NCBI GenBank assembly: GCA_038147085.1 | Contig: JAYQSV010000001.1 | Location: forward strand, 810,578 to 874,577 | Direction: 5' to 3' | Length of the DNA stretch: 64,000 nt | Origin: Candidatus Actinomarina sp. | Lineage (GTDB): Bacteria > Actinomycetota > Acidimicrobiia > Actinomarinales > Actinomarinaceae | Shown: positions 1 through 11,597 of the stretch, in pieces | Position numbering within the stretch: position 1 is the stretch's first letter | Layout of the letters: every line of letters starts with the position of its first letter | Notes under the pieces: generated by a model | Told to the model about the DNA's origin: nothing | The model's input: only the letters and a program-made list of their open reading frames with translations | Database searches by the model: none | Position numbers and translations under genes: made by a program

Positions 1-2433
<2,433 letters not shown>

Positions 2434-2437
<4 letters not shown>

Positions 2438-3582
2438 GCTAATTCCTTAACTGAAGATATAACCATGTTTGCTGCTTTCAAACCATCTCCATCTTTTGTT
2501 GTCCAACCAAAACTAAATCTTAGATGATTATTAATAACATCTTCAGATATATTCATAGCTTTTAAAACATGGGAAGGCTTTTGTGCACCGCTTGCACATG
2601 CTGAACCTCTCGAAACTCCCATACCTTTTAAATCTAAGGCAATCATCAAAGTTTCAGAATTTATGTTCTTAAATTGGATATTTGAAATATGTGAAAGCCT
2701 AGGTACATCTTTTCCAATAATTTTTACATCGATTTCTGAATTTAATTTATCTTCAAAAGAAGTTCTTTCATATTCAATTTTCTTTTTTTCATTAGAAATA
2801 TTTTTTTCTAGTTCAGAAACTGCTGCGGCAAGACCAGCCACACCAGATACATTTACAGTTCCTGCTCTTCTTTCAAGCTCTTGTTTTCCACCATGAAGAA
2901 AACTTGGTAACTTAAATTTAGAACTTAAAAACATAACTCCTATGCCTTTAGGTGCTCCGATTTTATGTCCTGAAATTGCAGCACTGTCTATTCCAAGTTT
3001 ATGAAAATCAATATTTTCCGTTGCTACAGCTTGAACTACATCTGAATGAAATAATATATTTGGATTAATTTTTTTGACTTGTTCAGCAATTGTTTTTACT
3101 GGTTGAACTATACCTGTTTCATTATTTGCAAACATAACCGATACAACTTTTGTATTTTCATTTACTTCGTCTAATAATTCTTGAGTATTTATAACACCAT
3201 TTATATCACTAGATACAAAATGAACAATATAATCATTCTCACGTACCCATTCAGCAGATGCGAGAACAGCTTCATGCTCAATACTTGTAGTTATTAATTC
3301 ACTTTTATCAGAAATTTTTGATTGAAAGCTTGATTTAATCACCCAGTTGTCAGCTTCAGTTCCACCACTAGTAAACGTTATTTCATTTGGTGCTGCACCA
3401 AAATACTTTGCTATTATTTCTCTAGAATCTTCTAACAAATTTTTTGCTTTACGTGAAAGAGTGTGTCCTCCGGAAGAATTAGCAAATGCTTCAGTCTCAG
3501 CAAATCTATACGCCTCAAATGCCGAATCTCTCATTGGAGTAGTAGCAGCATGATCTAAATAAAAGTATTCTTCATTTATCAT
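2434..3582 (-). CDS. iscS: Cysteine desulfurase (NifS/IscS-type class V aminotransferase)
   Basis: PLP-lysine context SGHKIGAPKGIG and C-terminal active-site loop SRGSACASG. 4-nt overlap with mnmA, the conserved iscS-mnmA pair. Confidence 0.85.
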
Positions 3583-3624
3583 ATTTATTTATTTTACTTA
3601 TGAACTAGGATTGTTTAACAAGCA

Positions 3625-4062
3625 ATGAGTAAAAGAATTGAAGTTTCTATAACAATTAATAAACCGATAGAAGTGGTTTGGAATGAAGTAAAAGTCATGG
3701 AAAATCACGTCAATTGGATGCAAGACGCAGAAAAAATAGACTTTTTGTCAGAAAACACTTTTGGATTAAATACAAAAATGAACGTTTTAACAAAAGTTGG
3801 TCCATTCTCTTTAAATGACATAATTACAGTTACAGAGTGGAAAGAAATGGAGAGCATAGCAGTTATTCATGAAGGCATAGTAACTGGTGAAGGTGTTTTC
3901 TATTTATCTGAAGTCGATAAAACAACTACTAAATTTCAATGGGTTGAAACTTTAAAATTCCCTATATATTTAGGTGGTCCAATTGGTGAAATTTTTGGTG
4001 GAATAGTTTTAAAATACATTTGGAAAAAAAACTTAAATAATTTAAAAGGGATATTCGAATGA
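3625..4062 (+). CDS. SRPBCC (polyketide cyclase/dehydrase-like) family protein
   Basis: 145 aa. The general sequence pattern resembles SRPBCC ligand-binding fold proteins. Family-level guess only. Confidence 0.5.
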   Translation: MSKRIEVSITINKPIEVVWNEVKVMENHVNWMQDAEKIDFLSENTFGLNTKMNVLTKVGPFSLNDIITVTEWKEMESIAVIHEGIVTGEGVFYLSEVDKTTTKFQWVETLKFPIYLGGPIGEIFGGIVLKYIWKKNLNNLKGIFE

Positions 4063-4664
4063 AAAAAATAATAATTATTTCAATTGTCTTCTCTGTAATA
4101 AGTTTTTGTTCAACAGGTACTGAAACTGTTAATGAAACAACAACTACAGTAAACGAAATTAGTTTCCAAAAGGGACTTGCAAAAAATACCTCTGATTACG
4201 TTTCAAATTGGAATAAATTAGTGTCAGAAATATCAGGTGATGAAGAAACATTAAATTTTTTCTCAATTAATCCAGATGAAGTTAAATGGAATAGCCCACA
4301 ACAAGAGTTTTTATATTATCAGTTTGGTAACAGTGAAAATGCATTTACTACTTTTGCAATTAATTTAATTGTTTATGAGGATATTGTTACTGGAGTTGAA
4401 TTTTTCTCTCCTGTAGTTAATGACGAAGTCGCATCTCAGAGAACCAAACTTTTCTTTCTTATTTTGATAGCTATGGCTGACGACACCCTTGATAAAGAAG
4501 GTAGAGAATCTGTACTTTCGAAACTTGGTCTTTATGATGATATTTCGACTCCAGAACAATTAGGTTCTAGTCTCACGCTAAACGGAGTTCAATATGTCGT
4601 TGAGCCTTTAGTTGATAAAGGTCTGTTAATAGGAATTAATTTTTATACAAGTATTGCTGAGTAG
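4059..4664 (+). CDS. Hypothetical lipoprotein with a Thr-rich linker
   Basis: Signal peptide MKKIIIISIVFSVISFC with a lipobox-like Cys, then NETTTTVNE. ATGA overlap with the upstream gene. No recognisable domain. Confidence 0.5.
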   Translation: MKKIIIISIVFSVISFCSTGTETVNETTTTVNEISFQKGLAKNTSDYVSNWNKLVSEISGDEETLNFFSINPDEVKWNSPQQEFLYYQFGNSENAFTTFAINLIVYEDIVTGVEFFSPVVNDEVASQRTKLFFLILIAMADDTLDKEGRESVLSKLGLYDDISTPEQLGSSLTLNGVQYVVEPLVDKGLLIGINFYTSIAE

Positions 4665-4666
4665 TA

Positions 4667-4939
4667 CTAACTTGCTATTACTTCAGCAACACCAGGTACT
4701 TTGTCTTTTATAATTCTCTCAATTCCACTTTTTAGCGTTGCTATAGATAGTGGACAACCTTGACAAGCACCAAGCATCTCAATATTTACTACACCTTCTT
4801 CAACAGAAGCTAGTTTTATATCACCACCATCAGCTTGAACAGCGGGTCTTATATATTCAATAGTATTTTTTAAAAGTTCCATATCAATTTCAGCTTGAGG
4901 ATCTCGATCTTTAACTTCTGGAAAATTTACGCCTGACAT
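4667..4939 (-). CDS. NifU-like (Nfu) Fe-S cluster carrier domain protein
   Basis: 90 aa with GACQGCPLS (CxxC) and the typical Nfu C-terminal domain pattern. Confidence 0.8.
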   Translation of the reverse strand: MSGVNFPEVKDRDPQAEIDMELLKNTIEYIRPAVQADGGDIKLASVEEGVVNIEMLGACQGCPLSIATLKSGIERIIKDKVPGVAEVIAS

Positions 4940-4942
4940 AAT

Positions 4943-6199
4943 TTAATTATATTCTATATCACTGCCAATTGAATTTAATACTGAAACTATATTTTCATAA
5001 CCTCTTTCAATATGATCAACACCAGTAATAGTGGACTCTCCATCTGCTTGCAATGCTGCAATGATTAAACTGGCCCCTGTGCGTATATCGGTTGAATGAA
5101 CTGGTGCTCCTGAAAGTTCTTCAACTCCTTTTATCATTGCATGTTGATACCCAATTTGAATATCTGCACCCATTCTCTGAACTTCAGGTATCCACTGAAA
5201 TCTTTGATCGTAAACATTTTCTGTGATAATTGAAGTGCCTTTAGCTCGAAGTAAAGATGCACCAATTATTGGTTGTAAATCTGTTGCAACACCTGGAAAT
5301 GGAAGTGTTGAAATTTCAATTGGATTTAAATTTTTAGTTGACTCAACAGTAATAGAATTTTCTGTGATAGTAAACTTTCCACCAATTTCTGCAAATTTTT
5401 TCATTTCCATAGGTAAGTTTTCTGAATTTATACCATGCACAGTCCCACTTCCATTAGTTGAAATAAAAGCAGCTAGATAGGTTCCAGCAACAACCCTATC
5501 TCCAATTACATCATGAATAGTTGAATTCAGTTTATTTACACCTTTGATAATAATTTCACTAGTACCCTCTCCAGTAATATCAGCTCCCATTTTTTTTAAC
5601 ATTTTTACTAAATCAACTACTTCAGGTTCTCGAGCAGCATTTTCAATAGTTGTCGTACCTTCGGCTAGAACAGCTGCGAGTAAAGTGTTCTCTGTTGCAC
5701 CAACAGAGGCATAAGGAAGATTAATTTCAACACCTTTCAGTCCATCAGTTTTTGCTATTAAAACACCATGCTCTAGATTAAATTCAACCCCCATTTTTTC
5801 TAAAGCTTCAATATGCATTTTCACTGGCCTTGGACCAAGCTGATCACCGCCGGGAAACGCAATTTTTGCTTCGCCTTTACGTGCCAATAATGGACCGAGT
5901 ACTAAAATCGATGCTCTCATTTTTTGGACTACTTCATATGGAGCTTCCGAACTAATGTCTCTTGGAGATTCAATTTCTAATTTATTATTTTGAAACTTAG
6001 ATGAAATTCCTAAAATCTTTAAGACTTCTTGCATGTAAATTACATCAGCTATATCGGGTACGTTGTTAATCACATAAGTTCCCTCACAAAGTATTGGTAA
6101 AACCATTTGTTTAAGAACAGCGTTTTTTGCACCTTTAATATTAACTTCACCATTTAAAGGACGTTTGCCACGAATTTGAATACTTTTTTCCACTAACAT
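4943..6199 (-). CDS. murA: UDP-N-acetylglucosamine 1-carboxyvinyltransferase
   Basis: 418 aa. Starts IRGKRPLNGEVNIKGAKNA, with EPSP-synthase-fold repeats typical of MurA. Confidence 0.93.
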   Translation of the reverse strand: MLVEKSIQIRGKRPLNGEVNIKGAKNAVLKQMVLPILCEGTYVINNVPDIADVIYMQEVLKILGISSKFQNNKLEIESPRDISSEAPYEVVQKMRASILVLGPLLARKGEAKIAFPGGDQLGPRPVKMHIEALEKMGVEFNLEHGVLIAKTDGLKGVEINLPYASVGATENTLLAAVLAEGTTTIENAAREPEVVDLVKMLKKMGADITGEGTSEIIIKGVNKLNSTIHDVIGDRVVAGTYLAAFISTNGSGTVHGINSENLPMEMKKFAEIGGKFTITENSITVESTKNLNPIEISTLPFPGVATDLQPIIGASLLRAKGTSIITENVYDQRFQWIPEVQRMGADIQIGYQHAMIKGVEELSGAPVHSTDIRTGASLIIAALQADGESTITGVDHIERGYENIVSVLNSIGSDIEYN

Positions 6200-6235
6200 T
6201 GATAATACTTAATAAAGTAAAGTAACAAAAGTAAC

Positions 6236-6892
6236 ATGGGATCACTAGAAGTCATAAAAACAAATTCTCACGAAGAGGCTAGCTTAACATTATTAAAATT
6301 ACTCTCAGATGAGTTTGTCTCACAACAAAATTACTCAATTGGCCTTTCAGGTGGTAATACACCTAAATTTCTATATAAAGAATTAGCAATCAAATATGGA
6401 CAACTAAATAATATAACCCTTTGGACAGTTGATGATCGTCATGTAGATATTAGAAATGAACTTTCGAATCAAGCAATGATAAATGACATATTTTCACAAA
6501 CTAATTTTAAAATTCTTAGTTTAAAACATTTTGAAGATCCTAAAGATTCGGCGAGCAATTATACGAAATTAGTTTTTGAAAATATTAATTATTTTAATAG
6601 TGCAGTATTAGGAGTTGGTGATGATGGACATATTGCATCACTATTTTCAAATACAAATGCTTTAAACATTTCAGAAAAGTGCTTTATTGAAAATGAAGTA
6701 AATATCTTAACAAGATGGAGAGTAACTTCAACTTTTTCATTATTGTGTTCAATTGAAAATATCTATCTTTTAGTAACTGGAGAAAACAAAAAAAATATTC
6801 TTCAAGAGTTAAAACATAATGAAGAATTACCAATCAATAAATTAATTGATATGCGAGAAAAAACTACACTTCTCACTGATCAAATAATTTGA
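6236..6892 (+). CDS. pgl: 6-phosphogluconolactonase
   Basis: GLSGGNTP and GVGDDGHIASLF motifs of the Pgl/NagB family. Confidence 0.8.
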   Translation: MGSLEVIKTNSHEEASLTLLKLLSDEFVSQQNYSIGLSGGNTPKFLYKELAIKYGQLNNITLWTVDDRHVDIRNELSNQAMINDIFSQTNFKILSLKHFEDPKDSASNYTKLVFENINYFNSAVLGVGDDGHIASLFSNTNALNISEKCFIENEVNILTRWRVTSTFSLLCSIENIYLLVTGENKKNILQELKHNEELPINKLIDMREKTTLLTDQII

Positions 6893-6911
6893 ACTTCTAT
6901 ATAATAAAATC

Positions 6912-6992
6912 AGAGTCGCCTTTGTGTCAGTTTGAACCACTACACTAATCCTTCTACCCTGTTGGATGGTGGCTCTACGTCCGATAGGATTT
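6912..6992 (+). ncRNA. Candidate structured 5' leader (cis-regulatory RNA, class unknown) upstream of the DMT transporter
   Basis: About 47% G+C by hand count, in an AT-rich and otherwise spacer-poor window. Drawable P1 6912-6920/6968-6976, hairpin 6924-6931/6939-6945 and hairpin 6948-6951/6964-6967. An alternative pairing 6947-6952 with 6986-6991 covers the SD-like AGGA. Confidence 0.3.
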
Positions 6993-7841
6993 ATGAAACT
7001 TAAAAATTATTTACAACTTTTATTAACTTCATCACTTTGGGGATCATCCTTTTTATTAATGAAATATGCATTACTTGACTTAAATCCATTTCAAATATCT
7101 TCATACAGAATTTTTATTGGAGCAATATTTATAAATTTAATTAGTAATCAACATAAAAAATTTCCAGTAAAAAAGCATCTTAATTTATCACTAGTAGGTT
7201 TGTTATGGATGTCGATTCCATTTTACTTTTTTGCAAAAGCAGAAGAAACTATTCAATCAAATCTAGCCGGCCTAATAAACGGAGCAACTCCTATTTTTAT
7301 AAGTTTGTTTGGAGTATTGTTTTTTGCACAAAAAATTAATAAGAAACAAAAAACTTTTTTGCTTTTTGGATTTGTTGGAATTTATTTACTTTCATTTGGA
7401 ATTGAAAGTTTTAATTTCGATCTAGATATAGGTACGATACTGGCTTTATTAGCTTCAATTTGTTATGGTTTAGCTGCAAACATAGTGCAACCACTGATTA
7501 AAGAATTTGGACCACTAAATACTCTTAAAATGGCACTCAGATATGCAAGTTTGTTTTCATTAGTATTACTTATTGTAAATTCTGACTTTGTTCTTCCTAC
7601 TCCTGACAACTCATTAATACCCATTTTGTTACTAGGTGTTGGCTCTAGTGGTGTTGCATTTTTATCTTTTTACAATTTAATTGATGACGTTGGTGCAATA
7701 GTTGGTTCAATAACTGTGTATATAATCCCAGTTTTTGCAGCGTTATTTGGGTACATTTTTCTTAACGAAATTACAACAGTTCCTCAAATGTTAGGTGTTG
7801 TAATAGTAATTTTTTCAGCTTTTAGATTTTCTAGATCTTAG
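6993..7841 (+). CDS. EamA/DMT family transporter
   Basis: Ten-TM-like hydrophobic profile and N-terminus MKLKNYLQLLLTSSLWGSSF typical of EamA. I prefer ATG 6993 (AGGA upstream) over the track start 6966, which lacks an SD and lies inside the predicted helix. Confidence 0.75.
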   Translation: MKLKNYLQLLLTSSLWGSSFLLMKYALLDLNPFQISSYRIFIGAIFINLISNQHKKFPVKKHLNLSLVGLLWMSIPFYFFAKAEETIQSNLAGLINGATPIFISLFGVLFFAQKINKKQKTFLLFGFVGIYLLSFGIESFNFDLDIGTILALLASICYGLAANIVQPLIKEFGPLNTLKMALRYASLFSLVLLIVNSDFVLPTPDNSLIPILLLGVGSSGVAFLSFYNLIDDVGAIVGSITVYIIPVFAALFGYIFLNEITTVPQMLGVVIVIFSAFRFSRS

Positions 7842-8244
7842 GTTTCCTTTTAGGTTCTACAAATAACCCTTCCGATATTGCAGCAAGTTCATTGTTATCA
7901 AGAAATAATTCAGCTTTGTATACGGAACCTGTGTCACTTACAGAGTCTCTCCATGCTTTGGAAACTACATATTTTGAATTTGCTGTTACTGGTCTAATAT
8001 ATTTTGCTGTAAAAGTTTTAGTAACTACCATTTCTCCAAGCAAAAAACTTAACGGCCCCATTGTGCAGTCCATATAAGCATCAAGAATACCTCCAAGAAC
8101 AACATCCATTGGGTTGAAAAACTTATCGAGTACGGGATATTTACAAATGAGAAACTCCCCTTCCTGATTAAACTCAATAAAATCTCCTTCTAGTTCAAGA
8201 TAAACTTTGGGGATTGGTAGTTTTTCTAAATTATTTTGTTGCAT
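7831..8244 (-). CDS. PaaI/hotdog-fold thioesterase family protein
   Basis: 137 aa. NPMDVVLGGILDAYMD resembles the PaaI-type hotdog thioesterase core. Confidence 0.6.
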   Translation of the reverse strand: MQQNNLEKLPIPKVYLELEGDFIEFNQEGEFLICKYPVLDKFFNPMDVVLGGILDAYMDCTMGPLSFLLGEMVVTKTFTAKYIRPVTANSKYVVSKAWRDSVSDTGSVYKAELFLDNNELAAISEGLFVEPKRKPKI

Positions 8245-8261
8245 TGTTGAATTCTAATATA

Positions 8262-8296
8262 TATTAGGTACTTTGAATTAATCAAAGTACCTAATA
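8262..8296 (-). terminator. Perfect 15-bp stem / 5-nt loop hairpin between the ALDH-like gene and the thioesterase gene
   Basis: tattaggtactttga (8262-8276) and tcaaagtacctaata (8282-8296) are exact reverse complements. There is no clear U-tract, so terminator function is not assured. Confidence 0.4.
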
Positions 8297-8343
8297 CAGG
8301 GTATGAGTTATAAGTAAATATTATCGAAGTACTATGACAGTTT

Positions 8344-9171
8344 TTATGTACCTTTAGGATGCCATACTGTTTTTGTTTCTAGATAAGGCAATATAGAAGA
8401 AATACCTTCTGTAGAAGGATAAATTTTTACTCTTTTAACTGAAGTTGAAGCATTTTCTTCAATTTTTTTTATATTTTCAAATGTTAGTTCTTTGTGTATT
8501 GCTAATAAATTTATTTCAACATGTTTGCTAATGTCGTCAATTAATTTACCAAAATCTCCAGATAGTATGTTTAGCGTACCAGCTGGTAAATCTGAATTAT
8601 TAATATCTTCAGCAAATTTAAGAGCTAAAAGTCCTGAATTATTTGATAAAGAGATTACTGAACATCCTACTGTTAGCGCTGGAAGAATACTTGAAATTAA
8701 TTGATTTAAAGACTGTTCATCTTTATTTAACGAGAACACAACACCAATTGGATTTTGATGTGAAATATTAAAATACTCTCCAGAAACTGGATTTAAATTT
8801 CCAACTAATTGTTCCCATTTATCTGCTAAACCAGCAAACCAGATAATTTTTTCAATAGAGTTATTAAAATCTTTTTCAGCATTTCCTTTACTTATACCAT
8901 TATTTTTTAATATATTTATATAGCTTTCTTTATTACCTTCAAGCATTTCAGATAACCTGTAAAGAATTTGAGTTCTGGTATATGGTGAGGTTGATAACCA
9001 TTTTTTATATCCAGATTTAGATGAAACAACAGCATCTCTAATATCTTTTCTAGAAGTTAATGGAAGTTCAAAATGTTCTCCGCCTAAAGTTATTGTATAT
9101 GTTTTACCTGATTCAGAACGGACATATTTACCATCTACATAATTTTTATAAGTTTTTTTTACTTCAATCAT
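8344..9171 (-). CDS. Aldehyde dehydrogenase-like protein lacking the catalytic domain (275 aa)
   Basis: The N-terminal half aligns by eye with the ALDH N-terminus (YVDGKYV...). The C-terminus ETKTVWHPKG resembles the ALDH C-terminal strand. No ELGGK or catalytic Cys region is present. ATGA overlap with the full-length ALDH upstream. Confidence 0.6.
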   Translation of the reverse strand: MIEVKKTYKNYVDGKYVRSESGKTYTITLGGEHFELPLTSRKDIRDAVVSSKSGYKKWLSTSPYTRTQILYRLSEMLEGNKESYINILKNNGISKGNAEKDFNNSIEKIIWFAGLADKWEQLVGNLNPVSGEYFNISHQNPIGVVFSLNKDEQSLNQLISSILPALTVGCSVISLSNNSGLLALKFAEDINNSDLPAGTLNILSGDFGKLIDDISKHVEINLLAIHKELTFENIKKIEENASTSVKRVKIYPSTEGISSILPYLETKTVWHPKGT

Positions 9172-10607
9172 GATGATGCCTTTAAGTACGATAAGAGACC
9201 ATGTCTGCCTCCCTCTCTTCCAAATCCAGATTCTTTATATCCACCAAATGGTGAAGAAGGATCGAACTTATTAAATGTATTAGCCCAAACAACTCCCGCT
9301 TCTAATCTGTCAGCTGTCCATAATATTTTTGAACCCTTTTCAGTCCATACACCAGCAGATAAACCATACTCAGTATTGTTTGCAATCTCGATTGCTTCTT
9401 CAGGTGTTCTAAAAGTTAAAGTAGTTAAGACAGGTCCAAAAATTTCTTCCCTTGCAATGCTGTATGAAGGTTGGACATTTGTAAATAAGCTCGGTCTAAA
9501 CCAGAATCCATTTCCTGGTAATTCACACTCTATCTGAAAAAGTTCTCCTCCATCGGATACACCTTCATTGACTAAGCTAGTTATTTTATCTAACTGTTCT
9601 TTTGAGTTTATAGCACCAATATCAGTATTCTTATCCAAAGGATTTCCAACTCTTAATGTTTGCATTCTCTTTTCTAATTTTTTTATAAATTGATCATGAA
9701 TGGATTCTTGTAGCAACAATCTACTACCAGCACAACAAACATGTCCTTGATTAAAAAATATACCATTAACAACACCTTCAACAGCTTGGTCAATAGCTGC
9801 ATCCTCATATACGATATTTGCTGCTTTACCACCTAATTCGAGTGTTAGTCCTACCTCTCTACCTGCTAAAGATTTTTGGATTAATTTACCAACTTGTGTT
9901 GAACCGGTGAATGCAATTTTATTAATATCTTTATGATTAACTATGCTTGCTCCAGTTGAACCATCACCTGAAACTATATTTACAACTCCTGCAGGTAAAC
10001 CAGCATCATGACAAAGTTCTGCAAAATGTAATGCAGTTAGAGAAGTTGTTTCGGCTGGTTTAAGAACAACAGTATTTCCAGTTGCTAAAGCTGGAGCCAC
10101 TTTCCAAGCAAGCATTAAGAGTGGAAAGTTCCAAGGAATAATTTGTCCAACAACACCGTAAGGTTTTAATTCCTTCGCATTCCAGGATATGTCTAATTTA
10201 TCAGCCCAACCAGCAAAATAAAAAAAGTTTGCAGCAACTTGAGGTAAATCAAAATCTCTAGATTCTTTTATTGGCTTTCCGCCATCAAGTGATTCTAAAA
10301 CTGCAAATTCTCTTGATCTCTCCTGTATTAAACGTGCAATTTTAAATAGATATTGAGATCTTTCGTAAGGGGTAATTGATGACCATTTTTCAAACCCTGA
10401 TCTAGCTGCTTTAACAGCATTATCTATATCTTTTTGATTGGATAATGGAACTTTTGAAAGTATTTCTTCTGTAGATGGAGAAACTGTATTTAAGTACTTT
10501 TTACTTGATGGTTCGACAAATTTACCACCTATATAGTTAGAATATTTTTTCTTAATTTTTACAATTTCAGAAGATTCTATTGATTCGGAGTATTGCCAAT
10601 TGACCAT
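9168..10607 (-). CDS. NAD(P)-dependent aldehyde dehydrogenase
   Basis: 479 aa with LELGGKAANIV (catalytic Glu) and FFNQGHVCCAGSRLL (catalytic Cys). Confidence 0.9.
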   Translation of the reverse strand: MVNWQYSESIESSEIVKIKKKYSNYIGGKFVEPSSKKYLNTVSPSTEEILSKVPLSNQKDIDNAVKAARSGFEKWSSITPYERSQYLFKIARLIQERSREFAVLESLDGGKPIKESRDFDLPQVAANFFYFAGWADKLDISWNAKELKPYGVVGQIIPWNFPLLMLAWKVAPALATGNTVVLKPAETTSLTALHFAELCHDAGLPAGVVNIVSGDGSTGASIVNHKDINKIAFTGSTQVGKLIQKSLAGREVGLTLELGGKAANIVYEDAAIDQAVEGVVNGIFFNQGHVCCAGSRLLLQESIHDQFIKKLEKRMQTLRVGNPLDKNTDIGAINSKEQLDKITSLVNEGVSDGGELFQIECELPGNGFWFRPSLFTNVQPSYSIAREEIFGPVLTTLTFRTPEEAIEIANNTEYGLSAGVWTEKGSKILWTADRLEAGVVWANTFNKFDPSSPFGGYKESGFGREGGRHGLLSYLKASS

Positions 10608-10610
10608 GTT

Positions 10611-11555
10611 CTAACCTCTAGGAAAATAATAACTTGCTTGGTATGCGCCTGTCTTCAATTTTCTAATTTGTTTTAAGACGTCGTCTAGTAAGCTCGATGC
10701 ACCAAATCTGAATAAGTCAGGTGTTAGCCAATTATCTCCCATTTCTTCATTGATTAAAACTAAGTATCTGATTGCATCTTTTGCATCTCTAATACCTCCT
10801 GCAACTTTTATACCAGCTTTTTGGCCTGTCCATGATTCATAATCCAGTACAGCTTTTGCCATTACGTAACAAGCTTGTCTGGATGATCCCACTGCTAATT
10901 TTCCAGTAGAAGTTTTTATAAAATCTGATCCAGCAGCTAAAGAAATTAAACTTGCTTTTCTTATATTTTCATAAGTACGTAAATCGCCTACTTCCAAAAT
11001 GGTTTTTAGATGTACATTTTTACATACTTCTTTCAATGCAACTATTTCATCATAAACTTTTCTGTAATCTCCTTCCAGAAATGCTTTTCGATTTATAACA
11101 ATATCAATTTCGTCTGCACCTTCTTCAATTGCATATTTAGTATCTAAAATTTTTGAATCCATTGGGACTTGACCACTAGGAAAATATGACGACACAGCAG
11201 CAACTTTTACATTTGAATTCTTAACTTTTTCTTTTGCAGTTCTAACTAGAGATGGATAAACACAGACAGCTGCAACACTTGGTATAGATTTATCACTTGG
11301 ATCTGGTTTCACAGCTTTTGCAGACATTTGGGAAATTTTACCTTTTGTATCCTCACCTTCTAAAGTTGTTAAGTCACACATTGAAACTATCATGTTTAGA
11401 GCTTCAAGTTTTGAATCTTTTTTGATACTTCTCGTTGCAAGGGAGGCAACTCTTTCGTTTAAGCCGACTGCGTCTATTCTTGATTCATATACGTGTTCTA
11501 GAACGTCAACCCATTCAAGTTTTTTTACACTAGTCTTTACAGCTGTTTTAGACAT
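10611..11555 (-). CDS. deoC: Deoxyribose-phosphate aldolase (long actinobacterial form)
   Basis: Class I aldolase lysine context FIKTSTGK, plus DIVIN and GGIR motifs. The deoC-ALDH arrangement is common in actinobacteria. Confidence 0.85.
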   Translation of the reverse strand: MSKTAVKTSVKKLEWVDVLEHVYESRIDAVGLNERVASLATRSIKKDSKLEALNMIVSMCDLTTLEGEDTKGKISQMSAKAVKPDPSDKSIPSVAAVCVYPSLVRTAKEKVKNSNVKVAAVSSYFPSGQVPMDSKILDTKYAIEEGADEIDIVINRKAFLEGDYRKVYDEIVALKEVCKNVHLKTILEVGDLRTYENIRKASLISLAAGSDFIKTSTGKLAVGSSRQACYVMAKAVLDYESWTGQKAGIKVAGGIRDAKDAIRYLVLINEEMGDNWLTPDLFRFGASSLLDDVLKQIRKLKTGAYQASYYFPRG

Positions 11556-11597
11556 AAATTAATGCTAAATCAAATATTTGGTTTTAGGTAGTGTTAT

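Noticed and set aside
6893-6992. tRNA-like string on the minus strand (…GGATTAGTGTAGTGGTTCAAACTGACAC…), reminiscent of a D-arm or T-loop.
   Set aside because: I could not complete a cloverleaf: there is no matching acceptor, anticodon or T stems. I treat the region as a plus-strand leader candidate instead.
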